Shown here: positions 50,590 to 64,000 of the stretch, piece after piece
How positions within the stretch are numbered: the stretch's first letter is position 1
Layout: each line of letters opens with the position of its first letter
DNA from: Tubiluchus corallicola
Lineage: Eukaryota > Animalia > Priapulida
Assembly: GCA_030141605.1 (NCBI GenBank)
Contig: JAQGDQ010000010.1
Coordinates: 1,116,001-1,180,000 of the forward strand
Length of the DNA: 64,000 bases
Direction: 5' to 3'
Position numbers and translations under genes: made by a program
Notes under the pieces: model-generated
What the model saw: only the letters and a program-made list of their open reading frames with translations
Database searches by the model: none
What the model was told of the DNA's origin: nothing

Positions 50590-52990
50590 AGTGCTTTCAT
50601 TATCCTATCCTGAAAATTGTTATACATTTCTTCAGGATCAGCTATCAATTGAAGTTCAGCAGAGAATTCTGCCATTGAGATACATATGTCGTTTTTCAAA
50701 ATTTGTTGTGAACAGCCTTTTGAAATCACGAATATACATAGGCATATTAACTGAATCATTACAATTTTTCTTGTTAAAAACACAGAAAACCCCCAATGGT
50801 CGCTTATATCATAAAGGATTATTCCAGCATCAATTTTTAACTGAAGGTTGTTTGTGTATATGTGGTCTAGATATGACGGGTTTTGGTTTGCCACAATTCT
50901 GGTTGGCTTCGTAATTAATGACTTATAGGAGTTTGACCATATCATATTTACATAGTTAAAAATCACCTCATTAGTTTCATAGTCAAGAATATTTAAGTTC
51001 ATATCACCCATAATATAGCATTCTTTGTTTTCGCTATTAATTTTTTTGAGATTAGAGCTTAACAAATTTGTCAAATTCTCAATTTCTTGTTTTAGGGTCC
51101 GAGGACGACAATATATCAAGCCCATTATTAAGTTTTTTTCAGCGCTTGCTGTGATATTTCTATCCAAACATTTTCACAAAACGGTATACATAATTTTAGG
51201 TCAGGCCTAGATCACATATTTTTAAAACAACAACCCCCACTTGCTGTAGGAGAAACATCACGTAATTCACTACTTATAGGATAACCTTTAATGTCTGTAT
51301 TAGTTATTGTTTCGCCAGAAAACTTCGTCTCTGAAATTCCTACAAGTTTTACCGATTTTTAATGTCCTTCAGCAGTTCACACAATAATTCATGTTTGTTA
51401 GCGTTCAGGCGACACAGTATTGAAGTGCAAAATTGCGAAGTTTTGGGCATTGTTATTTAATCTCTCTTTAAGAGCTTCCTTTTCGTAATACATTGATGAT
51501 TTAATGAGTTATGATCCTCATTGTCTAGAGTTTGAATGTTCAGCAGGTTCGTGTCGAGAAAATCAGGTAAGGAAACACTGTTGAAAGATATTTGGTTAGC
51601 GTCATCAGCCTGTGCACGTTGAGATGTGGAAGCCATATTAGGAGTTTAGGCGACTTTCTGCTGCTATGTATTCGCGGCAGTTTTTGTCCCAAGCGGCATG
51701 ATCTTCCTCGCAATTTGCACATTTACATGCAGTTACGCCACACGACTTTGTTTCGTGATCACCCGCACATTTCCCATATTTGGTATTTTTGTTGCACCAC
51801 TTTGCAACATGATTAAAAGCTTGGCACTTGTAGCAGCGAGTTGGTTTATTCTTCATTATCAACTCCTCCACATTACACATCATTTGACCTATAGGAATAC
51901 CCTGGTCTATAGCCTCTTCCAATTCATCTCTAGAACGAAAGATCAGTTTTCCTAATGGATATATGTAGGCATCTTTACGCTTGAAGCGTTCAAATTTCAC
52001 ACCATCATAATATCTTGCTATATCGCTAGCAACATCTTCATCAGTCAGTGTCACATCGCAATCTCTTAGAAGACCAACATGCTGAATATTAGGCTTCCGG
52101 TTAATAATTTGGTTCCTAAATAATTTGGCTTCCAGTTTGCTATTAACTCGTCAGCAGATGCTTTGTTCCTTAATTGTAATTGAATTTTCCCTTTAGCTGT
52201 TCTGATAGCCACGTCGAATTTGGTTCTGGGATAATAGTTACTTGGATTTTTCTTAATGTATGCACTAGTGTTTACAAAAGACTTGTCTTTGACGTTGTCA
52301 ATGACAACTGTTCGTTGTGGGTCATACTGAACTTGCATAGAGACTTTACATTTAGGTTGCATAGATTTGGAAAGACTTATACTTTGCGAGGAAGTAGATT
52401 TTACAATTTCGCTATATGATAAATTAGATCTATTCGTGTTCTTAGCTAGGTCTGTTACTTTTTGGACGATTTTTGCAGCATGTCTGTCATATTCGTTATG
52501 GTCTTCGTAGCAGTATTACAATTTGTTTCTCCACGTAACTGCACTTACTGCCTTACTGCACTTAAAGGTCGTTCAACCGTATTTTCCTTCTGTATTAGCT
52601 GTATTGCTTCAGCTTTTAGCTCCGTCAAAGAATTGATGTCTAGTTCTATGTCTAATGAAAAATGTTGGAAGTTCTGGTCTTCCTCATTTGTATGCTCATT
52701 TGCGTATGTCGCGCCATCTTCTGTAGTCGAAATATTCTGAAGGTCTAAATTTGACGCGTGTTGCGCCAAGTGCTTAGTATACATTTATCGCACGTGACTG
52801 CAACTATTTTCCTTAATTTAATAGACGTGTCTATTTTTCTACACAGCTCACAGCTTTTTCTGTTTATTTGTTGGCTATTCAACTGTCTGTCTTCCCACAA
52901 TATGGCCTGCAGGACTTGTTCAATACTTAGACTGGATATCCAACAATAGAGTAATTAGGCCTTAATGGCCGTTTAGCTGTAGGGTTCAAA
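50590..52990 (-). mobile_element. Decayed non-LTR retrotransposon 5' half: ORF1 with three CCHC zinc knuckles plus ORF2 APE endonuclease
   Basis: ORF1 pieces 52784-52545, 52362-52066 and 52054-51638 (CYKCQAFNHVAKWC, KCAGDHETKSC, CANCEEDHAAWDKNC). ORF2 pieces GISETK, IMGDMNLN, ITKPTRI, LDHIYTN, ISDHW. Frameshifted; no RT domain. Confidence 0.9.
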
Positions 52991-54088
52991 TTGGTTCTCC
53001 AGCTCAGTTTTAGTCATTGTTACATGATATATAAATAAATATCGACAAATTTTCCTCGACATCACCAGAGCTCTTTAATATCCAGTTCTTGAACCAATTT
53101 TTTTGAATTTTCTGGTTGTTCACAATCAAAAAGATATAAAATTCGTACATCAACACTGTCCTATTGTGGTAAAATTTGGCATAATTAAGAGAGCACATAT
53201 TGTCAACATCTATTCACATGCACATGCGCATGCGCACCAGCAATGCCAAATTGGCTACATTCTAAGAAATATCTGTTGCGCATATGTCGCGATAATGTCT
53301 TTTTTGTAAGCTAATGTTCATAAAACCGACCTAAAGGTAAATTTGGCTGAACCTGCTAGTGTTTTGCAAAAGCACAAAGAATGAAATGAGTTGATAAATG
53401 AGGTCATTTATTAAGATGACAGTATATTCAATATTGCAAGGTAAAAGGGTGGGGCACACCCAAATAACCACCCAGCCAATACGTGACTGTACTAAGCACA
53501 GTATTGCTTGCGTTTATGATGACAAACATAATAAAGCATGGTTAGCAATACTACAGTACATTACAAAATTATACCAAACGCTTTGTAAAGCAGTTTTTAA
53601 CAATATACAATGGTACTTTATAATACATAAAAATTCCACATTACACAGGAAAAAAACTGCAATGTTAAAAGTAACTAAACCTAAAGTTCACACAAACATT
53701 ACATTCCTACTTTAGTAATTGGTGACGAGAGGGTGGGTTTTCACATCCAGGGACAGCAGGCAAATGGGTGATTTTCGACAAGACGACGGATGTCATTCGT
53801 TGATTGGTCGCTGCGCGCGCATGCTCACGAACATTCCTTACAAAAACTCATTTATTGCTATACTATCAATAAATTTACCTTTTTTGCCATATTATTTTAT
53901 GATTAACGCTGAATTTAAACTGTAATTACATAAAAAACCGTTTTCTCTATTTTTCAGGTGTAAGAATCACGAACATTTTGCACTTCCATTTTGATGATGT
54001 AGCTCTTTCAGATAATGGCCATGTTTGGGGGATCATGGCCGCCACTGACTTTATAGTTTATCTACCCAATTTTGGGAACATCAACTAA

Positions 54089-54739
54089 ATGATTTCATGT
54101 TGGGCGACCACTGGTGACCCTAATCTTGCCCCTGATTGTCAGTACGAGAGTATGGGTGAAACTGGCGCTGGAGGTGATGCATACCTGGACAGGAAGTGGT
54201 CGCAATCAGTCACACAACTCCGTCCGGATGAGTTTGCCATTCTACAAAGCCGATCGGTCAACCGCCGTGTTATCATCAACGTCGGAGGCGTCAAACACGA
54301 GGCGCTGTGGAAAACACTTGAGCGTCTTCCGAGAACGCGCCTTGGACGCCTCAAGGAATGCGAGACTCACGAACAGATCATGGAGATCTGTGACGATTAT
54401 TCACTCATCGACAATGAATACTTCTTCGACCGGCATCCCAGGAGCTTTGCTTCAGTTTTGAATTTTTACCGCACCGGGAAGCTCCACCTAGTGGAAGAAA
54501 TGTGCGTCTTGTCTTTCTCAGATGATCTTGAATACTGGGGCATTGATGAATTGTACCTAGAACCATGCTGTCAGCACAAATTCCATCAGCGAAAGGAGCA
54601 CGTACATGAAGAGATGAGAAAAGAGGCAGAGAGTTTGCGAGAGAGGGAGGAAGAAAATTTTGGCGATGGTGTTTGCTCACCTTACCAAAAGCAAATATGG
54701 GATCTTCTAGAGAAGCCCACATCAAGCAAAGCTGCACGG
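54089..54739 (+). CDS. Shab: Voltage-gated K+ channel Kv2/Shab, first coding exon (T1 tetramerisation domain); remainder not found in window
   Basis: [30 protein letters not shown]...[56 protein letters not shown]...[14 protein letters not shown] is diagnostic of Kv2. Donor CGG|gtaagt at 54739/40; upstream acceptor at 53957. The true start may be the ATG at 54152. Confidence 0.95.
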
Positions 54740-56689
54740 GTAAGTTGCCTGTTTTGCTTTTTGTCTTGACTTGTGTTGAATCTTGCATTTTTCACTTCCT
54801 GTTTTTTCTGTTCGTCACCATCGTCTTCATCATATTGTGTTCATATAGTGGCATCGTTTTCACTAAGAAAAGGACTCAAAATCTGCCTCGCTTTAGAACT
54901 AAAGATCTTTGTGCACTCGTTGGAGACTTTGTCGAATTTTGGATTTGACGTCATCTTCTACCCAAATCTCCCTAAAATTCCATTCTCACCGAAGGCCCTA
55001 AATTAAAGCAAATAAAAATAGCAATCATTGCTGCTGGTGACTTGCCTAAATTTGTCATTGAGTCAAGACGTGCGCTTCGTTTCTTTGGTTCTAATTTCAT
55101 CAAAAAGAAGAAGCGGTCAAAGTTTCGTTTCCCACATTGGCTTTTTACGAATTCCTAAAATGAAATAATTAACAAACAGTTGAATGAAGTGAAAAGTGAA
55201 CTGCAAAAAATAATTTTAAATATTTGCTATAAACTTAGCTATCATGTTTCGCTGGACGGCGTGCAGAATCTATTAATCTTGTTAAGCCCCAGAAGTCGGC
55301 ACTTATTGAAAAGACATGTCTAGATGTGCGAATTGTTCTGTTGATATAAAATACCGAGAAAAAAACGGTGATCACCTGAAGAAATATTTACTGTTGAGCC
55401 GTGGATCACTGATGGAAACCGATTTTGTTAATTATTACATCCTGCCTGATAACACGTGGTTATTATTTATTTATTTATTGAACCGAAGGCAATAACTAGC
55501 AGGAAAAGGCGTGAATGTCCTCCGCAGTATGTCTGATATTTTGCCCGTAAAATACTTTGAATGCATCAAATGATGCTGACATCATTAGAGTTTCTTGCTA
55601 CTGAACTCAAAGTACGTTGGCATTGTGCTTAGACCACGTTGCGAAAATAACCATATTTGAAAGGTTTTCTCGTACCCTTCTTGATACATTGTATGCCATG
55701 TATTTCTAATAGCTTTTTCTGACAAATAAGTGAAATAGCTTGGGTGTCACTCATTACATTTGTAGCAAAGGTTATTCTACTTAACTTTAACAGAAGAGCA
55801 TTGTTAGAGGAACTGACTAGTTTTTTGCACTATGTATTATTGGATACTAGTCATCTGACCTTCGAAGATAGTAGCTACTTTTTATTGTGTTTTTGCTTTA
55901 TACAGAAAAAAATTAGTTTCCAAAATACAAATGAATGGTTGGAAGTTTTGAACACATTTATTATAAGCTAAAAAGCTGCTGAATTAATTGGTCACAAAAA
56001 TGGTTGGAAATTTTCTACCAGCTCTTTTGTCGTACGACATATTTATTGATTTATTTTATTGATAATAATAGTCAACAACACAAATTTTTACAAAGTGTAA
56101 TACAAAAATATAGTGACGTGATTTTAAATAAATGAGAGTAAGATATAAAAACAACCTAAAGAAATATTACAATTATTACGCAGTAAAATGTTAGTTTAGA
56201 ATGGTTACTATGGCTGCCTGTACAAATGAATTCCATCCAGAACTCGACATCGGTTAATTCCCGATGGAAAAATTTGAGGCAGAAATAGAGAGGGAGAGAG
56301 GGACAGATTATTATAACTCTTTTTTGTGATAAATAAATATATATATATATATATGTAATGATTTGTAGCGAGGTGTTCCTACGTGCATTTATAATACGAC
56401 ATTATATATTGCATATTATATAACAACATAGTTGCCGTCACAAAATTATTAGTATTATTTCGAAACTATATGCATTGTATAAGAGAGAGGAATGAAGAAA
56501 AAGAGAAAAAGAGAAAGAGAGAGGGAGCGGGGTTATGGCATTTAACAATGGCCATAACAATTATATTATAAACTGTGGCATTTGGATGTCTTTGCAAACC
56601 AACTGCAAAATTGCAATATTCAAACAATACGAATTTGTCAGATATCAATCGTTCAATGTACAAATACACGCGGAAATGCAAGATGGGCT

Positions 56690-56846
56690 TTACCCGGCTT
56701 TGTCGGCGGACAAAATCAGGTGGAAATCGGATCGTGTAAACTTAGCAGGCGACGTCCTCCGACACTGGCCCAACTGTATCCACCAACATCCGATTTTGTT
56801 TGCCGGCAAAGTCGGATGAAAGTCGGATCATGTAAATCAGACTTTA
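56690..56846. mobile_element. Partial PIF/Harbinger-like MITE
   Basis: Internal imperfect inverted repeats (cggctttgtcggcggacaaaatcaggtg / catccgattttgtttgccggcaaagtcg), repeated tcggatc.tgtaaa units, end ...gtaaatcagacttta; left TIR not found. Confidence 0.45.
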
Positions 56847-58504
56847 GTGTCTAGAGTATACAAATGATCTAGTTCTAGATACGACGCCTTATAAAACAAG
56901 GTTCCGGTGACTAAATGGAAGACATAAATTGTTACTAATGCCCTGAATTTGGCAGTGAGGAAGCAAGTGCAGACTATAATCGTTCAACTGCTTCAATAAG
57001 TAGATCATTGGAAGTCTGAACACCTGCTACAATGTCCGTAGCAAGTTTACACACATATTACATGTTATATACTGTGTCATATGTTAGATATTACAGCGAG
57101 AAGCCAGAATAACGAATTCCTAGGCTTGCAAAACTGAGTCAAACAAAGAGCTGCAAAACATCGGAAATCAAAGTTTTGTCAAAAATTAAATAGTACTGAT
57201 TCATACCAAAAATTAATACTGAAACAAAGATATTGGAATATTATAACGGCAATAATAAGTGCACTTATTATTGCTCCATATTTTATTAATTCTTTTCTTT
57301 TTTGCCAAACTCTGCGCGCCTAACAAAATTAGTTAATTTCAATATTTTTTAATGTATGACTGCACATGCTTACTTTGTAGTATACGTAAAGCTACTGAAA
57401 TATGACAAAATAAGTCTGCGTCTAAGATTATGTATACTGCAACTGTATGTAGTTGAATATACCGCAGGTCGTACAACTTCGTTAAGTGCTATTGAATTCG
57501 ATTAAACTGCTAGCTTTCTCGATCTTCTGTCGCTTTCAATAATATTTCGTCGAAACGGACCAAAAGTAAACTGCATCTTGAAGGTACGCACGGCAGTTGG
57601 TAAAATAAAATTATTACTTCTTCTGCAATTTCGCAAAATATGCAACAATAAATTCAGTTAATGTCTGTCTTTCAACATTTTTTATGTCGTGTTATAAAAT
57701 TGCAAGAAAAGTGCCGTCCAAAAAGAATTTGGGAAACAACGATGACACGAAAGAAAATTTGCCAGAGGAAAACAGAACGTTTCCACTTGAATGAAGATCC
57801 ACTTGCTGCGAATTGTTCTGCTTTCTGGGAATCCCGCCTGCTTGCTATAATAATAAGTGGTTTCTTATGGGCGTGAAGGTAAATTGCCCAGCCAGTTAGT
57901 GAGTCTGGTTAACCGACTGCAGGTGTGGCACGCGGTACATGGTTGTTTTCCACAACAGTCGGCCTCATTAAGAAATATATAATATGGCATGTTTCTAGGG
58001 GTCTGACGGTTCCCCGTAGAGAAACGTTCCCAGAAATAGCGATCTGGTTGAGAAATTCTCAGACTTCTGTAGGTCATCATCATACGTAAATAGCCTAAGC
58101 GCATGGAAATACATAATTGCTTTTTTCAATGTTAAAAAATTATGGAAAGCAAAAATGCCACTCTGTTATCATCTCGTATGCCGAAATGTATAAAAAAATC
58201 TTTTTTAAAACTTACACAATTTTGTAAAGGACAGTGAGATATGCTTTTGCGTTATTGGCCTTTTGTATGAAACTCTATGTCTTAACAGGCTTTTTAGAGT
58301 ACGTAGAAGAAGTGTGAAACTTTTGAGTAAATGGCAAATGAAAATACCAATTTTTCTTTTAAATAGTTGTGAAGGCGAACAGCTAGCGAAGCGTATTTTT
58401 TCAGTGATATTAGCGTTTTGTTTATTTACAAATGTCGTGTAACGTCTCACTCGTCTCTCGAAAGGCTCGATGCAACGTGGTAGCTTTCTTTTTTACAAGT
58501 ATTT

Positions 58505-58575
58505 TGTTACGTGCGGTAATTGAACTCGTGCCACGCACTTGTAAAGTTGACTCTTTAGATCTCCTGTTACTTTGT
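58505..58575 (-). mobile_element. Degenerate tRNA-derived SINE head
   Basis: Minus strand reads gatctaaagagtc...cacgagttcaattaccgc (A-box- and B-box-like). Confidence 0.35.
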
Positions 58576-58961
58576 ACTTTTGGTTAAGGTGAACTGGGTT
58601 GAGAAGGCCTTAGGCATTGGTGCATTTAAACAACCGTCTCGTTATTTTAAATTCATGGGTCTACGTTAGGTTAGGCTTTATTACGCCTATATCAATAAGG
58701 TTATATTACGGTGAAAGCACAACAACTGCTATGCTTTCACGTTCAAACACGTACATGTACAAATGCTTTTAATTTGATGTGCATTGGTGGCTATGTACGT
58801 AGGAAATGCTGAAAAGTCTTCTCATTTTGTCAAAGTTTTGCCACCCCTTTGTGTGGGTGCCATGAATTTTAGAACGTACACTTAATACACGGAATAATAG
58901 GACAATGTTAAGTCGTTTGCATTTGACCCAGTAGCCAAGCAGTGCGCTGGTCTCTGTCCCT

Positions 58962-59135
<174 letters not shown>

Positions 59136-60329
59136 GTTACACCTAGCCTAATCAACTAATTATTTGCTTTCCTAGCCCCGTCACCTTGTGTATCAAACAT
59201 GTTGTACTAAACATGATAATGAAGCCTATTTACTTCTACTCGCCAGCTGGCAGAAATGAAGCCATGGCTGTGCTCTATATGGTGAATGTATTTATACAGG
59301 CGTGCACTGATTGAATATATCGACCAGGCTGACAAAACTCAGTAATTGTCGGGGTGATATATAATTTAATATTAACGATGCTCACAGCAATGGTAATGGC
59401 TTAATAGCGTCGGGAAGCAGAAGCCAGTACCACTGTAATAATTATTTAGAATAGACCTAGGTACAAAGTTGCACAATTGTTGAGAGACAGCTGTTGGCTG
59501 TCATTTTACAGAATCTGGTGCGAAAATTTACTATGTTCTCAACATGGGTCTGTTAAACAAAAAGATAAAAAGGAACAACTGCAATGGCAGTTTCAACGAA
59601 AACAGAAACTCCAATAGTATTATTATAATAGTATTAATGAACGATTATGTCAGTTGTGTAATTGTCGTGCTATCGAGAATGAGATAACCTGCTTGATGTA
59701 TTGCAATGTTTTTTTGACAATGAATGTATTAATTTGATAGATTCTGTAGTTCAATACGCAGCCAACTTTAGTAACTGGAATGACTTAGGTAAGTGTCACC
59801 TTTTCTTTCATTGTGTCATTTTAACTATGTAAAATTTTGGTCTCTTAAGGCTCAAAGTTGAGCTCCTATTTGCTGCAAATGAGCAGCATTTAGTACGTGC
59901 CTCGTTATGAAAAAAGTGATGGCTCTTGATAAACGTACAACAAAGATCATGAAAGTATTTAAGAAGCAAAACCAAACAGTAGTTCATTTATAAGATGCAT
60001 TAAAGATTCGTTAAGCACAGCTGGGGGAATAAAATTTGTATTTTTGTAACTTGTACTTCTACTTTTTCGTTGAAAAAGTATCACGGTTTCTTAATAGTTC
60101 GAGTAAATACGTTTGAAATGTAGCTATAAGTACATTTACATAGTAAATGTAAATATCTTAATATATACGCAATTACACATTGGATGAAAACTAACGATCT
60201 CAAAAGGCAAGGCATCTTACCTGGACACTTTTCTGCTAAGTTTAGACATGTTTTATTCACTTATTTCAATATCGTGTTGCAGACGGACATGAGCTGGCCG
60301 GCGCAGGCGTTCTATTTATTAGCAATTTA

Positions 60330-61660
60330 TTTACAACAAGCATGTAGAATTTATGGAAGCTTAATTACCTACATAACTAGTTACATCCACAGTTGGATTT
60401 CGGCCGGACTGTACACAAAAAAATTTATCTTAAAATCCACTGTTGACAAAACTTGATATGTTGGCTTTAAAAAAGCCTTTGCTTCGGTTGGTAAAAGGTG
60501 TTTGAAATACAAACTCAGTATATTAGGAATCAAGTATATTAGTTAAAGTCTTGCGCATTAATCAAAAATCGGTATATACCTGTACCAAAAGCTGTGTAAA
60601 AACGGAACATGGTGTCACGGACGCGTTTTTTGTTAATTTGGGTGTGTTGTAAGGATGTCTGCTTTCTCCTATGTTAACTTTTTTTTCATTGTATCTTAGT
60701 GATTTAGAAGAATTTCTGCCATTTGATGAAATAGATCCTGTCTTACTAGCTGTTGTTACCTTATGTTTGCTAATGTTCGCCGATGATTTAATTTTAATGA
60801 ATAACGACTTTAGTATTTAAAAAACAAAAAATTAGGTCTGAACAAGTGCATTTCATTTATGACGGTAATACGTTAGAGCACTGGGCTGAATATAAGTATC
60901 TCGGAGTATATTTCACTAAAAATGGATATATCAACAAAGCAGTAGACTACATGATATTCCAAGACAACAAAGCCAATTTGCAGTTCACAGTAAAGCAAAA
61001 ACAAGTGGGTATTTTAGCATCGGGCAAGCAATGCCGTTGTTTGATGTTTACGTTAAACCTCTCTTGGATTATGAATGTAACGTTTATGGACATAAAGAAT
61101 TTGATGACTTAGAAAGGGCATGTTTAATTTAAATTATTACAAATCGGTGTCAGGAGCAAAAACTTTAGAAGAGTTCAACCCTCACACCAGCTGTATTAGG
61201 GGGGATGGCGCAGATATCTGTTAACTATCAGTTAAAATAAGGATCATTAAGTACTGGTTACGTTTGGTTTCACTGCCGGATAATAAGTTGTGCAGGGAAT
61301 CTTATATTTTGTCTAAACAATATAATTTACTGTTGCATCTAGCGTTAACAAAAATACTATCTGATATTAATGTAGTGTTCTATTAGAAAACGATATAGTG
61401 TCATGAATACCTTGTATATTCCTGAAGCAAGGTTACACGCTTGTTATGTTACTAAGTGGAAAAATTCATGAGACGAAATGTCAAACTTATCCATTTATAG
61501 TAAATTTAAAACTTCCTTTAAATTTGAATCGTATCAGGTAAATGTAAAGAATGTTAAAGATCGAAAAGCGATTAGAAAACTTACTTACTTACTGCCTATT
61601 GAAGCTAGGTGATACATGATACTACGTAAATGTACTTCAAATTTTTTTTATGTAAGCTTG
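60330..61660 (+). mobile_element. Decayed LINE reverse-transcriptase region in Kv2 intron
   Basis: Broken motifs VGFKKAFASV, GV..GCLLSPML, LMFADDL, EYKYLGVYF, IRIIKYWLRL, KFKTSFKFESY; many stops and frameshifts. Confidence 0.85.
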
Positions 61661-62254
61661 TAATTTGTCCGGTCCTGTTGACCAAAAATCAGTACTGTAA
61701 ACTACTGCATTAGTTACATCAGCATGTCCAAGAGGCGATTTATTCCGCTACTACGTTTATTACTATTTTTCAGTGCAGCATCTATCTCTCTGCGGACCGA
61801 AAGCATTTATCGCTGATTACTGTATTATTGTCATAAATTTGCACGTCGTGCCAATAAACAAGTTTGCATCCTACTGTCTCTAGTGTATAATAATAGTATT
61901 GTATACAGTTCTCCCTGCCTTTCTATGCGCATATCTTTCCTGACAGAATAATGTGGTTGTTCAGTTGCTGTAAGAAATGGCAGTAGTTACCTCGACTAGT
62001 GAACAGCAGACTGAGAACAGACACAGCTTTAGCAGACGAATAGCACGGCGATGAATTACGGGGGCAAGTGTACTTATTCAAAGTAGCTTATTCGAAATAT
62101 ATATTCATCATGAGTACATGTGCATTAAAAATTAGCTTCCATATCTTCAAACATATGGAGACTCTTTTAGATGTTTCAGTAAGAATCAGTAAGATTTTCA
62201 TTGTTGATTGGCTTCAAATTTACAAATGCGGTGCTTTGGGTGGATTATCGCAGC

Positions 62255-62420
62255 AGCTGCTGCTGCTATTGTTCTTCTTGTTGTTAATTTTGTTTTTGTT
62301 GTTGTTGTTGTTGTTGTTGATGATGATGTTGTTGTTGTTGTTGTTGTTTGTTGCTGTTCCTCTTGCTGAATGCTTCTACTATGACTGTTACTGTTGTTGT
62401 TGCTTGTTTCTGTTGTTGTC
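62255..62420. repeat. (TTG/CTG)n trinucleotide microsatellite
   Basis: Direct reading of the sequence. Confidence 0.95.
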
Positions 62421-63524
62421 ATCGTCGTAATTGCTCTCATTATCGCTGTTGCCGTCATTATGGTTATGGTGGTTGCATTTGCCGTTGTCGTTTTCCTTCT
62501 TCTTCTTTCTCTTTTTTTCGTTTAATCATACGTCGACACAAAGCAAAGAATCAACGGGTTCTACAAATGCTTGACTTAAAAATACTTCACTCGTTTTCCA
62601 ACTTGAATTGTACTAATATTTGCAATTTTAGTTAATATTAATACGGCAGTTGTATTTACAGTGCTACCTGGTTTTTCTTAGAGAAAGAGAGAGAGAAAGA
62701 TTTTGTGATTGTGTTATATTTGTTTATTGTATAATCAGACGAACATTTCATGGAATTAAATGGAAATGCAGCAACATGAACTTACTTGCTACAATAATCT
62801 CTCTTACGAGCCGTTTTGACTGAAATTTCACTTCAGTTTGACTCAGTACACTGAAGTCATCTCTGCCGATAAGGAATGCACTGTCAAGAAGCCAAAATAC
62901 ATTGTGTGTGTGACATTACAAAACTGTTTGTAATGCGTATATAGAATAGCACCATAAAAGCAGCGATTCTTCATGGCTATAAAAATTACAATTATTGATA
63001 GAAAAGAAAAATTCGGCCAAGCCGACGCAGGCTCAAATAATTAGCCTCACGTAAATGTAAACAGTAGGATGGGACTTACCACAAAGAACTAAAAAAATGA
63101 AGAAAAGGTATAATTATGTAAAGTCTCGGCGGACAGCGTTTGATGAGAGTGCTCGCCTTTCTGACTAGCTCGACAAGTGTTGAAAATTATAATACTATAT
63201 GCATTATACTGTATACTGTGTATGTTCAAGTCTTATTAAAATGATGTTAACAGTTACTGAAATTAAGTTAGGGGAAGGAAATCAAGGGAAAAATACACCG
63301 GAGCAGAATTACTTGAAGGATAATGAACAGTGGCAACATAGCCTCATAGGGGGTGACAATGCAGAATCAGCACACAGTCTGATAATTACGGAATTGCGTG
63401 AAGATTTCAGTATTTCTGAATATGCACATATTCCTTCTTCTCGCGTAAGACATATTTCACAGTACTTGCAAGTGGAAACTGGGCGTTGCTAATATGTTGA
63501 CCGTGAAATGCAACTTTGTGAGTT

Positions 63525-63700
63525 CAATTCAATTCAATTCAATTTCAATTTATTTATCTCTTTATAGTGTTACAATAAAACATGATTAATAAAAGAATCT
63601 CTAATAAATTTTGAAAATGGTTAAAATATATAGATCTAGAATTAGAGAAAGGATAGCGAAAGGACTATAAAGTCACCTAGTCTGCTATTCTTTACCGAAT
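63525..63700 (-). mobile_element. Probable LINE/SINE 3' end with AATAAA and (TTGAA)n tail
   Basis: ttcaattcaattcaattcaatttcaatttattt on +; a similar tail occurs at ~18935-18960. Confidence 0.4.
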
Positions 63701-64000
63701 ATAGATAGAAAGATTTTTTAGACACTGGTGGGCATTAATGTTATCAGTTTAATTTAGGAAACATTAGTAATTTTTAAAATTATGACATTTTCTATATAAT
63801 CCTATATGAGTGAGGTTTAAGTGCTCAAACTGAAAAACATGTAATGTGTAATTGTACAGTAACTGAGAATTTACGTGTTAAACACACAGGTCAGACAATT
63901 ATTGATGTTGACGCTTTATGGAATTTAGACCCAAAGATTATTTGTCATGTCTTATCTTCTTGGAATACTCAAATTGAAACCTAGAACACGCCCATTTATA

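Overview
AT-rich, intron-containing genomic DNA of an invertebrate animal (most likely a bilaterian; not prokaryotic, no CRISPR or rRNA). Exon boundaries were read manually from GT-AG sites and reading-frame phase. The window holds five protein-coding genes. (1) Bicaudal-D on + (370-7599), with an in-frame alternative terminal exon (8706-10112) adding a 468-aa basic disordered tail. (2) A complete 19-exon sortilin/VPS10 receptor on - (30670-13281). (3) Ribosomal protein RPL37A on + (30764-33686), head-to-head with sortilin with only 93 bp between start codons. (4) An unnamed type-I membrane receptor on - (40280-34361) with three cysteine-enriched sushi/CCP domains and a tyrosine-motif-rich tail. 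(5) The first coding exon of a Kv2/Shab potassium channel on + (54089-54739). Introns and the 41-64 kb region carry hAT and pogo/Tigger-type MITEs, a Penelope-like foldback with a decayed hammerhead ribozyme motif, several decayed LINEs, tRNA-derived SINE relics and microsatellites. The strongest novelty candidates are the atypical sushi receptor, the BicD C-terminal isoform switch, the ultra-compact SORT1/RPL37A promoter with two CTCF-like motifs, and the in-frame uORF abutting the Kv2 start.
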